Assembly (NCBI GenBank): GCA_049446615.1
Contig: JBMTQW010000001.1
Location: 11,992 to 75,991, forward strand
DNA from: Flavobacteriaceae bacterium
GTDB lineage: Bacteria > Bacteroidota > Bacteroidia > Flavobacteriales > Flavobacteriaceae
Direction: 5' to 3'
Length of the DNA: 64,000 bases
Part shown: one piece after another, positions 29,515 to 38,900 of the stretch
Layout of the letters: each line of letters starts with the position of its first letter
How positions within the stretch are numbered: position 1 is the stretch's first letter
Notes under the pieces: model-generated
The model's input: the letters and a program-made list of their open reading frames with translations, nothing else
Told to the model about the DNA's origin: nothing
Database searches by the model: none
Position numbers and translations under genes: made by a program

Positions 29515-29829
29515 CTATTCAACAATTACGGCCGTGCCGTAGGCTAAAATTTCTGAGCACCCTTGCATTACCATAGATGTAGTAAGCCGTACATTAACCA
29601 CAGCATTTGCTCCCATACGCTCGGCGTCTTCAATCATGCGTTGTAAGGCTTGTTCCCTAGATTCTGCTTGTAACTTTGTGTATTCTGAAATTTCACCTCC
29701 CACAATATTTTTTAAACCTGCAAAAATATCACGTCCAATATTTCGTGCCCTAACTGTGCTGCCACGCGCTATGCCTAAGGTTTCTTTAATTTTTCTATCG
29801 GGAAGGGTAGGGGTGTTTACTAAAATCAT
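29515..29829 (-). CDS. ybjQ: YbjQ/UPF0145 family protein
   Basis: 104 aa. Typical YbjQ core GGEISEYTKLQAESREQALQRMIEDAERMGANAVVNVR. The start overlaps the upstream amidohydrolase stop. Confidence 0.85.
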   Translation of the reverse strand: MILVNTPTLPDRKIKETLGIARGSTVRARNIGRDIFAGLKNIVGGEISEYTKLQAESREQALQRMIEDAERMGANAVVNVRLTTSMVMQGCSEILAYGTAVIVE

Positions 29830-30962
29830 AACGAATCAAAAAGGGTTCTGTCTAGGTTTGGAAATAAAGATAAGGCGTTTTTGTAATACAGTTTTTGAAG
29901 TATTGAATCGGGGAGGGATAAGCCATACATTTTCCAGTGGGCATGGCGTTTTCTATAGTAATCAAAATACTCGTCATCGGTTTCCAATACTCGAAAATAG
30001 GTGTAGTATTCAGAAACGGAATAACTGTCTTTACCAAAAAGAATTCGGTCTTGGTAGTCTATAAAAAACTGACGAGCACGTTGGGGTTGCCGGCCTAATT
30101 CTGCTAACACTGCACCAATTTCAGTATACACGTTGGGGTAGCGGTCAAGGTGAGCGCCTAAACGATCTAAATCATTTCCCATCCAGCCTAAGTGGGCGTT
30201 TATAAATAGGGTATTGGGGTGTTTTTCAAAAATGGCGTGTTGTTCCGCTAATACTTCTTCAAAAGAAGGGTTGGTAGCTGGATCACGAAAACGCCCTGGT
30301 TTTTGACGCAGTTCCAACCAACGTTCATTGTATTTGTCTTTTGGGTCCCAAAACGAAGAAGGTTCCCCGGAATGTATGAGCACTGGAATTCCGTTTTTTC
30401 CACACGCCTCCCATACAGGGGCTAAACGAGGGTCATTAATTGCAATGCGTTGGCCCTTAGAATCCCGATCGGTTAATCCTAATGATTTGTACACTTTTAA
30501 GCCCATAACACCTGCCTGAACAGCGGAATCGATCAGTGCCGTTTGAGTTACAGCAAAATCTTCATCGTCAATTGACTCAAAATCAACATTGAGAAATAAA
30601 CCAAACCGATTTGGGGCATTTTTTTGAATATTTTTCAATGATTGCTGAAGATACAATCCTCGGAAACCACTTAAATTAACCATAAAAGCCATGTTCAAAC
30701 TGTCCATTTCTGCTACTAATTTGGACAGGTTTTTCACCGGCATATCAAATTGATGATTGTGAACGTCAACAAAGGGAAATTTAGATCGGGTTAATTGTGT
30801 TTCCTTAACTTTTAAAGTTGATTTAGGGCTGTATTCCTCAATATCCATGAGGTTGTTCTTTTCTTGAATCTTGTCTATGATATAGTAGGTGAGTCCACCA
30901 ATAAAAATAAGGGCAAAAGCGACCCTGAGGAGAATTCCTAAACCTTTAAAAAATCGGCGCAT
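29826..30962 (-). CDS. Membrane-anchored amidohydrolase-family (TIM-barrel metal-dependent hydrolase) protein
   Basis: 378 aa. N-terminal TM segment and metal-ligand motif FVDVHNHQ. Confidence 0.7.
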   Translation of the reverse strand: MRRFFKGLGILLRVAFALIFIGGLTYYIIDKIQEKNNLMDIEEYSPKSTLKVKETQLTRSKFPFVDVHNHQFDMPVKNLSKLVAEMDSLNMAFMVNLSGFRGLYLQQSLKNIQKNAPNRFGLFLNVDFESIDDEDFAVTQTALIDSAVQAGVMGLKVYKSLGLTDRDSKGQRIAINDPRLAPVWEACGKNGIPVLIHSGEPSSFWDPKDKYNERWLELRQKPGRFRDPATNPSFEEVLAEQHAIFEKHPNTLFINAHLGWMGNDLDRLGAHLDRYPNVYTEIGAVLAELGRQPQRARQFFIDYQDRILFGKDSYSVSEYYTYFRVLETDDEYFDYYRKRHAHWKMYGLSLPDSILQKLYYKNALSLFPNLDRTLFDSL

Positions 30963-31495
30963 TAGTCAATAGATAAAACAACTTGCGTAGTTTCCCAGCG
31001 TATTCTAAGCAAATTGTCAACAAAATCAATAGTGAGTTGCTCCACAGGAGAATCAAGAGTTTGTACAGGCACATTTATCTTCATCAAAATCCCAGAAGGA
31101 TCGGGTTCTGCAGCACTTAACCCCGAAGCTTTTTCATGTAAAACCAACACCCAATTTTCTGCATAAGGGTAGGTGTACATACCATAGGTGCCGGGTTCAA
31201 TTTGACGACCCGCTAGGGAAATGCTTTCTTTTGTTGATAGCGTAGTAGTAAAGTTTGCCCCCAAACGCCAGTATTCTCCATAGGGAACTAGCGCGCCATC
31301 TGCTTTCTCTCCAAAAATGAGTCTGTTTTTTTTGTAGGGTCGGTAGTAATCAACTTCAATCGTATTGTTTTGTGTATTATAAATAGAATTCCCATAGGGA
31401 CTTTTTGGATTGACGTAGAGCGCATAAATAAAATAGCCTCCTAAAACGATAACAAGAGCAAGAAGGGAGAGAAGAATAATTTTAAATTTTTTCAT
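30962..31495 (-). CDS. DUF2911 domain protein
   Basis: 177 aa. N-terminal anchor/signal, with DUF2911-like YYRPYKKNRLIFG...LVPYGEYWRLGANFTT. Confidence 0.7.
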   Translation of the reverse strand: MKKFKIILLSLLALVIVLGGYFIYALYVNPKSPYGNSIYNTQNNTIEVDYYRPYKKNRLIFGEKADGALVPYGEYWRLGANFTTTLSTKESISLAGRQIEPGTYGMYTYPYAENWVLVLHEKASGLSAAEPDPSGILMKINVPVQTLDSPVEQLTIDFVDNLLRIRWETTQVVLSID

Positions 31496-31620
31496 AACGA
31501 AAGTAGGTATGATTTATAATGCAAATTTACAATATTAAATTCTTATACAATTTTACATAATATAAATTATCGTAGGTGCTTAAATTAACACAATATTATA
31601 CTCATACAATTAAAATTTTA

Positions 31621-31628
31621 TAAATTTG
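31621..31628 (+). promoter_or_regulatory. Bacteroidota-type -7 promoter box (TAnnTTTG) for the metal-efflux operon
   Basis: TAAATTTG lies 10 nt upstream of the ATG at 31638, at the end of a very AT-rich 140-nt intergenic region. Confidence 0.4.
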
Positions 31629-31637
31629 TATCTTGTT

Positions 31638-32054
31638 ATGAAAAAAATTTTCCATAAAACACTGTCTTTGTCAATGGCTTTTGTAGTGTTATTCTCTACT
31701 ATGTCATTTACTGTAAACATGCACTATTGTGGAAATACTTTAGTAGATACTGCGATTTTTCACCAAGTTAAAACTTGTGGAATGGAAACGCTAGCGCCAT
31801 CAAATGCTGATGAGTGTGCTTTTACCAAAAACAATTGCTGTAGTGATCAACAAATCGCTGTTGAGGGTCAAGATGAGTTACAATTGTCTTTTAACACGAT
31901 AACTATTGAGCAACAAAAAATTGTCGCCTCATTTGATTACATATACATTGCCCTTTTTGAAGGTTTAGAGAAAAACGTTTCTTTATACGAAGAGTATAAA
32001 CCACCACTCGTCGTAAGGTGCATCTACAAGATTGACGAGACCTATTTAATTTGA
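31638..32054 (+). CDS. HYC_CC_PP family protein (small Cys-rich protein of unknown function associated with metal efflux operons)
   Basis: N-terminal hydrophobic segment, then the signature motifs MHYCG, NNCCSD and KPPLV. The ATG at 31638 (MKKIF...) is preferred over the TTG at 31626. Confidence 0.7.
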   Translation: MKKIFHKTLSLSMAFVVLFSTMSFTVNMHYCGNTLVDTAIFHQVKTCGMETLAPSNADECAFTKNNCCSDQQIAVEGQDELQLSFNTITIEQQKIVASFDYIYIALFEGLEKNVSLYEEYKPPLVVRCIYKIDETYLI

Positions 32055-32163
32055 TTTTTTAGCATTAGATTGATTTATCCTATAGCTATAGGTTATAAGG
32101 GTAAATTGTTGTATTCGGTTTTTTCTCAAAAACCAACGTCTAACTGTTTTATAATCAAAGCCA

Positions 32164-35100
32164 ATGCTCAATAAAAGCATCAAATTCTTAATAGAAAACA
32201 AACTCGTAGCAGTACTGCTCCTCGTCCTTTTTGTTGGATGGGGAACGGTAAATGCACCATTTAATTGGAACACTGGTTTTTTACCAAGTAATCCTGTAGC
32301 TGTAGATGCGATTCCGGATATTGGAGAAAACCAACAAATTGTATTTACGAAGTGGGACGGTCATTCTCCACAAGACATAGAAGACCAAATAACCTACCCC
32401 CTAACCACTTCCCTATTGGGAATTCCTGGGGTAAAAACCATTCGCAGTTCCTCTATGTTTGGTTTTTCAAGCATCTATATCATTTTTGAAGAAGACATAG
32501 AATTTTATTGGAGTCGAAGCCGTATCCTCGAAAAACTAAACGCTTTACCGAGTGGTTTATTACCTGATGGCGTTAATCCTGCATTGGGTCCAGATGCGAC
32601 AGGCTTGGGACAAATATTTTGGTACACTCTTGAAGGTCGTGATGAAAAGGGAAGCGTTACCGGAGGTTGGGATTTACAAGAATTACGGAGTATACAGGAC
32701 TATTATGTAAAGTATGCCCTTTCTTCAGCAAATGGCGTTTCTGAAGTTGCATCTATAGGGGGCTATGTTCAAGAATATCAAGTGGATGTAAATCCTGAAT
32801 TAATGCGTCAATACAATATTGGATTGCATCAGGTTGTAAAAGCCGTTAAAGAAAGCAATAAAGACATAGGAGCACAAACTATTGAAATTAATAATGCGGA
32901 ATATTTAGTTCGGGGCTTGGGTTATATTAGGTCCATTGCCGATATTGAAAATGCAGTTGTTACTTCAGAAGATTACATATCAATACGAATTAAGGATATA
33001 GGAAAAGTCTCATTAGGTCCTGAAACAAGACGTGGCTTATTAGACAAAGAGGGTGCCGAAGTCGTTGGGGCCGTTGTTGTAGCACGTTATGGCGCCAATC
33101 CGATGGAAGTAATCGATAACGTTAAAGAGAAAATTAACGAATTAAGTACAGGATTACCTTCAAAGGTATTATCAGATGGCAGAACCTCAAAAGTAACCAT
33201 CGTCCCCTTTTACGATAGAACCGAGTTAATTCAAGAAACCTTAAACACGCTTAACGAGGCATTGTCTTTAGAAATTCTTATTACCATTTTGGTTATTATC
33301 ATGATGATATTTAATCTGCGAGCTTCGATAATAATCTCTGGCTTATTGCCTGTTGCGGTTTTAATGGTTTTTATAGCCATGAAGTTCTTTGGAATAGATG
33401 CCAACATTGTCGCTTTATCCGGTATCGCTATTGCTATTGGCACCATGGTTGATGTTGGTGTCATTCTTTCAGAAAACATTATTAGGCACTTAGATGAAGA
33501 TGATGGAACACAGTCCATTAATACCGTAGTATATACTGCCACAACAGAAGTGTCTGGGGCTATCGTTACCGCAGTATTGACAACAATCATAAGTTTTATT
33601 CCTGTATTTACTATGATTGGTGCCGAGGGCAAATTATTTCGACCCTTAGCTTATACAAAAACCTTTGCGTTGACTGCATCAATTATTATCGCCTTATTTT
33701 TAATCCCTCCCTTTGCCGCATTTTTATTTAGAAAGAAAAGCATAAAAAACACGTTTACGTATGTTTTAAATGGGGTTTTAATAGCATTAGGTATTGCAGC
33801 AATAGGTTTTGGGTATTGGATGGGATTGATTTTGATGGCTTTTGGAATTACAGCACTTCTCAATCTTCAAAATAAGATAGCGGACAAACAAACTAATCTG
33901 GTCAATATTATTATTTCAGCCTCAGCAATTGTTTTTCTTTTGGCCAAATATTGGCGACCATTTGGCGTTGATAAAAGCATCTTCTGGAATCTCATTTTTG
34001 TAAGTGTTATTTGCTTTGGTTTATTAGGTGTTTTTTCGCTATTCATTAAATACTACACTCGTATTCTAAGGTGGTGTTTAGATAATAAAGTATTGTTTTT
34101 GTCTATTCCTACTGTGATTGTTATAGCAGGGCTTTTCATTATGAAGAATACCGGTAAAGAGTTTATGCCCTCCTTAAATGAAGGTTCATTTTTGCTAATG
34201 CCCACCTCTATGCCTCATTCAGGCGTAGAGGAAAACAAACGCGTTTTACAACAATTAGATATGGCAGTAGCCAGTATTCCTGAGATTGAAACGGTAGTTG
34301 GTAAGGCAGGAAGAACAGAATCAGCTTTAGACCCGGCACCACTATCTATGTATGAAAATGTGATTCAGTACAAACCTGAATATATGCTAAATGCAGAGGG
34401 GGAAAGACAACGCTATAAGGTCAATGAGGAAAGTTGGTTTGAGTTAAAAGGGGGTCGTTTTATTTCTAACCCAAATAATTCCGAAAAGGGTACTTATAGC
34501 AACGTAAATAGGGCTCAACTAATCGAAGATGACGAGGGTGAATACTATCGTAATTGGCGACCAGAAATTAAATCACCAGACGATATTTGGAATGAAATTG
34601 TAAGCGTTACCAAATTGCCGGGTGTTACCTCTGCTCCAAAGCTCCAACCTATTGAAACCCGATTGGTGATGCTTCAGACCGGAATGCGGGCCCCAATGGG
34701 AATTAAAGTAAAAGGACAAGACTTAACGCAAATTGAAGCGTTTGGAGTACAATTAGAAAAGATCATCAAGTCCGCTGAAGGTGTTAAAAAAGAAGCTGTA
34801 TTTGCAGACCGCATTGTTGGCAAACCCTATTTGTTGATTGATATTCAAAGAGAGAAAATCGCCCGCTATGGAATCACTATACAAGATGTACAAGATGTTT
34901 TACAAGTTGCAGTGGGTGGTATGGTTTTAACAGAAACGGTGGAAGGACGTGAGCGTTACGGTGTTCGTGTGCGATACCCACGAGAATTAAGAGCTAATCC
35001 AACAGACTTACAACAAATTTACGTGCCCGTTGAAAAAGGCAATCCTGTGCCATTAAGCGAATTGGCGACCCTTCGTTACGAACAAGGCCCACAAGTCATT

Positions 35101-35871
35101 AAAAGTGAAGATACTTTTTTAGTGGGCTATGTACTTTTCGACAAGTTAGACGGTTTTGCCGAAGTAAGCGTTGTAGAAAATGCACAAGCATTGATTCAAC
35201 AAAAGATAGATTCTGGTGAATTGGTAGTTCCCAAAGGCATCAGTTATGCATTTACAGGAACTTACGAAAATCAATTACGAGCCGAAAAAACCTTATCAGT
35301 GGTTGTGCCACTAGCCTTGGCAATAATCTTTTTAATACTCTACTTCCAATTCCGTTCGGTAGCCACCTCATTGATGGTATTTACAGGTATCGCAGTGGCA
35401 TTTGCAGGTGGATTTATAATGATATGGCTCTATGGTCAGGATTGGTTTTTAAACTTCAATTTCTTTGGCGAAAATATGCGAGACTTATTCCAGATGCATT
35501 CCATTAATTTAAGTGTAGCCGTTTGGGTTGGGTTTATCGCACTCTTTGGTATTGCTACAGATGATGGTGTTGTCATGGCAACCTATTTAACGCAAACTTT
35601 TGATAGAAACACACCTGAAAACGAAAAGGAAATTAGGGCATCCATCGTAGAAGCAGGAGAAAAACGCATTAGACCCTGTTTAATGACAACAGCCACTACC
35701 CTTTTAGCCTTGTTGCCCATATTGACATCTACAGGGCGAGGTAGCGATATAATGATTCCTATGGCCATACCCAGTTTTGGCGGGATGCTGATTGCCTTAA
35801 TCACTTTATTTGTAGTACCCGTATTGTACAGCTGGAAAGCCGAAGTTCAACTCAAAAGAGCAACAAAATGA
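32164..35871 (+). CDS. Heavy-metal-efflux RND permease (CusA/CzcA family), unusually long at 1235 aa
   Basis: Typical N-terminus MLNKSIKFLIENKLVAVLLLV, RND TM/periplasmic architecture, and GKEFMPSLNEGSFLLMP after the central TM region. Confidence 0.9.
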   Translation: MLNKSIKFLIENKLVAVLLLVLFVGWGTVNAPFNWNTGFLPSNPVAVDAIPDIGENQQIVFTKWDGHSPQDIEDQITYPLTTSLLGIPGVKTIRSSSMFGFSSIYIIFEEDIEFYWSRSRILEKLNALPSGLLPDGVNPALGPDATGLGQIFWYTLEGRDEKGSVTGGWDLQELRSIQDYYVKYALSSANGVSEVASIGGYVQEYQVDVNPELMRQYNIGLHQVVKAVKESNKDIGAQTIEINNAEYLVRGLGYIRSIADIENAVVTSEDYISIRIKDIGKVSLGPETRRGLLDKEGAEVVGAVVVARYGANPMEVIDNVKEKINELSTGLPSKVLSDGRTSKVTIVPFYDRTELIQETLNTLNEALSLEILITILVIIMMIFNLRASIIISGLLPVAVLMVFIAMKFFGIDANIVALSGIAIAIGTMVDVGVILSENIIRHLDEDDGTQSINTVVYTATTEVSGAIVTAVLTTIISFIPVFTMIGAEGKLFRPLAYTKTFALTASIIIALFLIPPFAAFLFRKKSIKNTFTYVLNGVLIALGIAAIGFGYWMGLILMAFGITALLNLQNKIADKQTNLVNIIISASAIVFLLAKYWRPFGVDKSIFWNLIFVSVICFGLLGVFSLFIKYYTRILRWCLDNKVLFLSIPTVIVIAGLFIMKNTGKEFMPSLNEGSFLLMPTSMPHSGVEENKRVLQQLDMAVASIPEIETVVGKAGRTESALDPAPLSMYENVIQYKPEYMLNAEGERQRYKVNEESWFELKGGRFISNPNNSEKGTYSNVNRAQLIEDDEGEYYRNWRPEIKSPDDIWNEIVSVTKLPGVTSAPKLQPIETRLVMLQTGMRAPMGIKVKGQDLTQIEAFGVQLEKIIKSAEGVKKEAVFADRIVGKPYLLIDIQREKIARYGITIQDVQDVLQVAVGGMVLTETVEGRERYGVRVRYPRELRANPTDLQQIYVPVEKGNPVPLSELATLRYEQGPQVIKSEDTFLVGYVLFDKLDGFAEVSVVENAQALIQQKIDSGELVVPKGISYAFTGTYENQLRAEKTLSVVVPLALAIIFLILYFQFRSVATSLMVFTGIAVAFAGGFIMIWLYGQDWFLNFNFFGENMRDLFQMHSINLSVAVWVGFIALFGIATDDGVVMATYLTQTFDRNTPENEKEIRASIVEAGEKRIRPCLMTTATTLLALLPILTSTGRGSDIMIPMAIPSFGGMLIALITLFVVPVLYSWKAEVQLKRATK

Positions 35872-37103
35872 GATATAGAAAAAGTAAAATAAAAACTGTA
35901 TTTGTGCTTTGTGCTTTGTGTTTAGGGCTTTCTGCACAAAGCCAAGAATTAGAAACGCTTATTGATGTAGCACTAAATAACAATCCGGAAATTCAAAAAT
36001 TTGAGTTCAAATACAAAAGGGCTTCCGAAAAGGTAAACGAAGTAAATACCATTCCTAATACCGAATTTGGAGTGGGTTACTTTATGAGCGAACCCGAAAC
36101 CCGGACAGGAGCGCAACGCTTTAAGGTATCTGCAAAACAAATGATTCCGTGGTTTGGCACAATTACATCAAGAGAAAGTTATGTTAGTGCTTTGGCTGAT
36201 GCAAAATATGAAGACATTGTTATTGCAAAGCGAAAATTGATGGCTGCTGTTTCACAATCCTATTATAATTTATACGCCAACAAAGCAAAACAAAAAGTAT
36301 TGTTACAAAACATTGAATTACTTAAAACTTATGAAACATTGGCATTGAATTCTGTTGAAGTTGGTAAAGCATCGGCTGTCGATGTGCTGCGTTTGCAAAT
36401 GCGCCAAAATGAAATGCAACAACTAAAAGATGTGTTAAGTCAACAGTTTTTAGCAGAACAAACGAATTTAAATACTCTTTTGAATAGGGAAAATGAAGTT
36501 TTTGTTACTGTGATAGACAGTTTAATGATGCCTTCAGAAGACTTTGAAATTAATTCTGAAAGGTTAGCGTTGCATCCTGAATTATTAAAATACGACAAAC
36601 TCTACCAATCTATAGAACAATCAGAATTGCTAAACCAAAAAGAAAGCAGTCCTATGATTGGTTTTGGATTAGATTACATTTCTGTTTCCGAAAGGCCAGA
36701 TATGAATTTCTCGGATAACGGTAAAGACATCGTGATGCCTATGGTTTCGTTATCAATTCCAATTTTTAATAAAAGACATAAATCTCAAACCCAGCAAAAT
36801 GAGTTTGAACAGCAAGAACTAACAGTTGAAAAACAGGAACGATGGAACGCTTTAGAAAACCTTTTAAGTAAAGCGATTACGGAACGTGTTTCAGCAAGAA
36901 TAAGCTACGCCACCCAAACTAAAAATTTAAAACAAGCTAAAGATGCAGAGGAAATCTTAATCAAAAGCTACGAAACAGGAACAATCAATTTTAATGATGT
37001 TTTGGATATTCAAGAACTACAACTAAAGTTTCAATTGAATTTGGTGGAATCGGTTAAAATGTATTACGTACAAACTGCGGTTATTAATTATTTAACAAAT
37101 TAA
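35868..37103 (+). CDS. TolC-family outer membrane efflux protein
   Basis: 411 aa. Signal peptide and a two-repeat coiled-coil/beta pattern. Overlaps the pump gene by 4 nt. Confidence 0.8.
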   Translation: MRYRKSKIKTVFVLCALCLGLSAQSQELETLIDVALNNNPEIQKFEFKYKRASEKVNEVNTIPNTEFGVGYFMSEPETRTGAQRFKVSAKQMIPWFGTITSRESYVSALADAKYEDIVIAKRKLMAAVSQSYYNLYANKAKQKVLLQNIELLKTYETLALNSVEVGKASAVDVLRLQMRQNEMQQLKDVLSQQFLAEQTNLNTLLNRENEVFVTVIDSLMMPSEDFEINSERLALHPELLKYDKLYQSIEQSELLNQKESSPMIGFGLDYISVSERPDMNFSDNGKDIVMPMVSLSIPIFNKRHKSQTQQNEFEQQELTVEKQERWNALENLLSKAITERVSARISYATQTKNLKQAKDAEEILIKSYETGTINFNDVLDIQELQLKFQLNLVESVKMYYVQTAVINYLTN

Positions 37104-37107
37104 AGAC

Positions 37108-38880
37108 ATGAAAAAATATATAATTTACATCGGAATTTTAGCTGTTGGATTGTTATTCGGATGGGTTCTTTCGGGAAATACCACTAACGAAGAAACAGCA
37201 CACAATCACGCTGAAATGGCTGAAGAAAATCAAATGTGGACCTGCGCAATGCATCCACAAATTATGCAAGCTGAACCAGGCGATTGCCCTATTTGTGGTA
37301 TGGATTTAATTCCTGCCGAAACTAGTGCAATGGGTTTAGCGGCAGATCAGTTTAAGTTAACCGAAAACGCCATGGCCTTGGCCAACATCCAAACCGTTTT
37401 GGTTGATGAAGGGGCTTCTGGAATTACAGAGGTAAAATTATCAGGAACTATTGTTGAAAATGAAGAGGCCAATGCGGTACAAGTAAGTTATTTCTCAGGA
37501 AGGATAGAAAAGCTGAATATAAATTTTACGGGGGAAAAAGTACAAAAGGGGCAGTTGCTAGCTACGGTATATTCCCCAGAATTGTATGCCGCTCAGCAGG
37601 AACTCATTACGGCAGTTTCATTGAAAGAAACCCAGCCAGCCTTATATAACGCAGTGCGTAATAAACTAAAACTATGGAAACTTTCGGATACTCAAATCAA
37701 TCAAATAGAGCGCACCAAACAAGTACAAGAAAACGTGCCAATTTACGCGACGTTTACGGGAACGGTTTCTGAAAAATTAGTGGCCCAAGGGGACTATATT
37801 AAACAAGGACAAGCCCTGTTAAAAATAGTCAATCTCAATACGGTTTGGGCCAATTTTGATGTGTTTGAAAATCAAATTGATTTTTTTAAAAAAGGGCAAG
37901 AAATTTCCATAACTACCCATTCGAATCAATATACGACATTTAAAACAAAGGTTGATTTTATAGATCCTGTTCTAAATGCAAACACAAGAACGGTAAAATT
38001 AAGAGCCGTTTTAAACAACACTGATCAGGTTTTTAAACCGGGCATGTTTGTGGAAGGCGTAGTTAAGCGAACGCAAGGTTCCGCAATGAAAAAAGTATTG
38101 AAAATTCCAGCATCTGCAGTGTTATGGACAGGTGAACGTTCCGTCGTCTATTTAAAAACCAATCCGGACCAACCCGTTTTTGAAATGCATGAAATTGTTG
38201 TGGGCAATCAAATCGGCAATGAATATGAAGTTCTTGAGGGTTTAACTCTTGGAGATGAGATCGTGACGAACGGTACTTATACAGTTGATGCTGCCGCACA
38301 ATTGCAAGGTAAAAAGTCGATGATGAATAAGGCGGGCGTTAAAACAATGACAGGCCACGAAGGGCATATGGGAATGATGGATACCATGACTGATATGGAC
38401 AATTCTGCAATTCTTAAGGAGCGAATTGAAGTATCAAAAGCCTTTCAAAATCAATTGAAAAAGGTATTTGATCGCTACATCCTTTTAAAAGATGATTTAG
38501 TCAACGATGATTCGGAAGCAGTCATAAGAAATGCCATCTTAGTACTCGCTTATTTGACTGAAATTGACATGAAATTATTGAAGGATAATAAATCGCTTGC
38601 CCTTTGGACCTCCTTGGAGAAGGAAATTAAAAAGGCCACCACTACCCTTTCAAATTCAACGGATATTGCAGCGCAACGAAGTCAATTTAAGCTCCTTTCC
38701 TCCTCTTTATCAAGTGCGATTGAATATTTTGGAGTGAATGAAAAAATATATCAACAATATTGCCCAATGGCAGACAACAACAATGGAGCCTATTGGTTAA
38801 GTAAAGATGAAAAAGTAATCAATCCATATTATGGTCAAGCCATGCTTACATGTGGAGAAGTAAAACAAATAATAGAGTAA
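37108..38880 (+). CDS. RND periplasmic adaptor (CusB/HlyD-like) with an N-terminal Cys4 heavy-metal-binding domain and a C-terminal DUF3347-like extension
   Basis: 590 aa. WTCAMHPQIMQAEPGDCPICGMDL, an adaptor core (barrel-sandwich/beta-barrel), a Met/His-rich stretch TGHEGHMGMMDTMTDMD, and a C-terminal ...YCPMADNNNGAYWLS. Confidence 0.85.
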   Translation: MKKYIIYIGILAVGLLFGWVLSGNTTNEETAHNHAEMAEENQMWTCAMHPQIMQAEPGDCPICGMDLIPAETSAMGLAADQFKLTENAMALANIQTVLVDEGASGITEVKLSGTIVENEEANAVQVSYFSGRIEKLNINFTGEKVQKGQLLATVYSPELYAAQQELITAVSLKETQPALYNAVRNKLKLWKLSDTQINQIERTKQVQENVPIYATFTGTVSEKLVAQGDYIKQGQALLKIVNLNTVWANFDVFENQIDFFKKGQEISITTHSNQYTTFKTKVDFIDPVLNANTRTVKLRAVLNNTDQVFKPGMFVEGVVKRTQGSAMKKVLKIPASAVLWTGERSVVYLKTNPDQPVFEMHEIVVGNQIGNEYEVLEGLTLGDEIVTNGTYTVDAAAQLQGKKSMMNKAGVKTMTGHEGHMGMMDTMTDMDNSAILKERIEVSKAFQNQLKKVFDRYILLKDDLVNDDSEAVIRNAILVLAYLTEIDMKLLKDNKSLALWTSLEKEIKKATTTLSNSTDIAAQRSQFKLLSSSLSSAIEYFGVNEKIYQQYCPMADNNNGAYWLSKDEKVINPYYGQAMLTCGEVKQIIE

Positions 38881-38900
38881 TAACCATTAATTATAGAAGA

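Noticed and set aside
29636-30064. A 142-aa plus-strand ORF spanning the ybjQ/amidohydrolase junction.
   Set aside because: It is antisense to two well-supported overlapping genes, and its translation has no recognisable features.
33231-33863. 133-aa and 70-aa antisense ORFs inside the RND pump gene, plus similar antisense ORFs in uvrA (5697..7840), sucD (54542..55313), hisD (51190..51490) and hisF (45960..46592).
   Set aside because: They are mirror-frame ORFs opposite strongly supported genes. Their translations are low-complexity or hydrophobic artefacts with no motifs.
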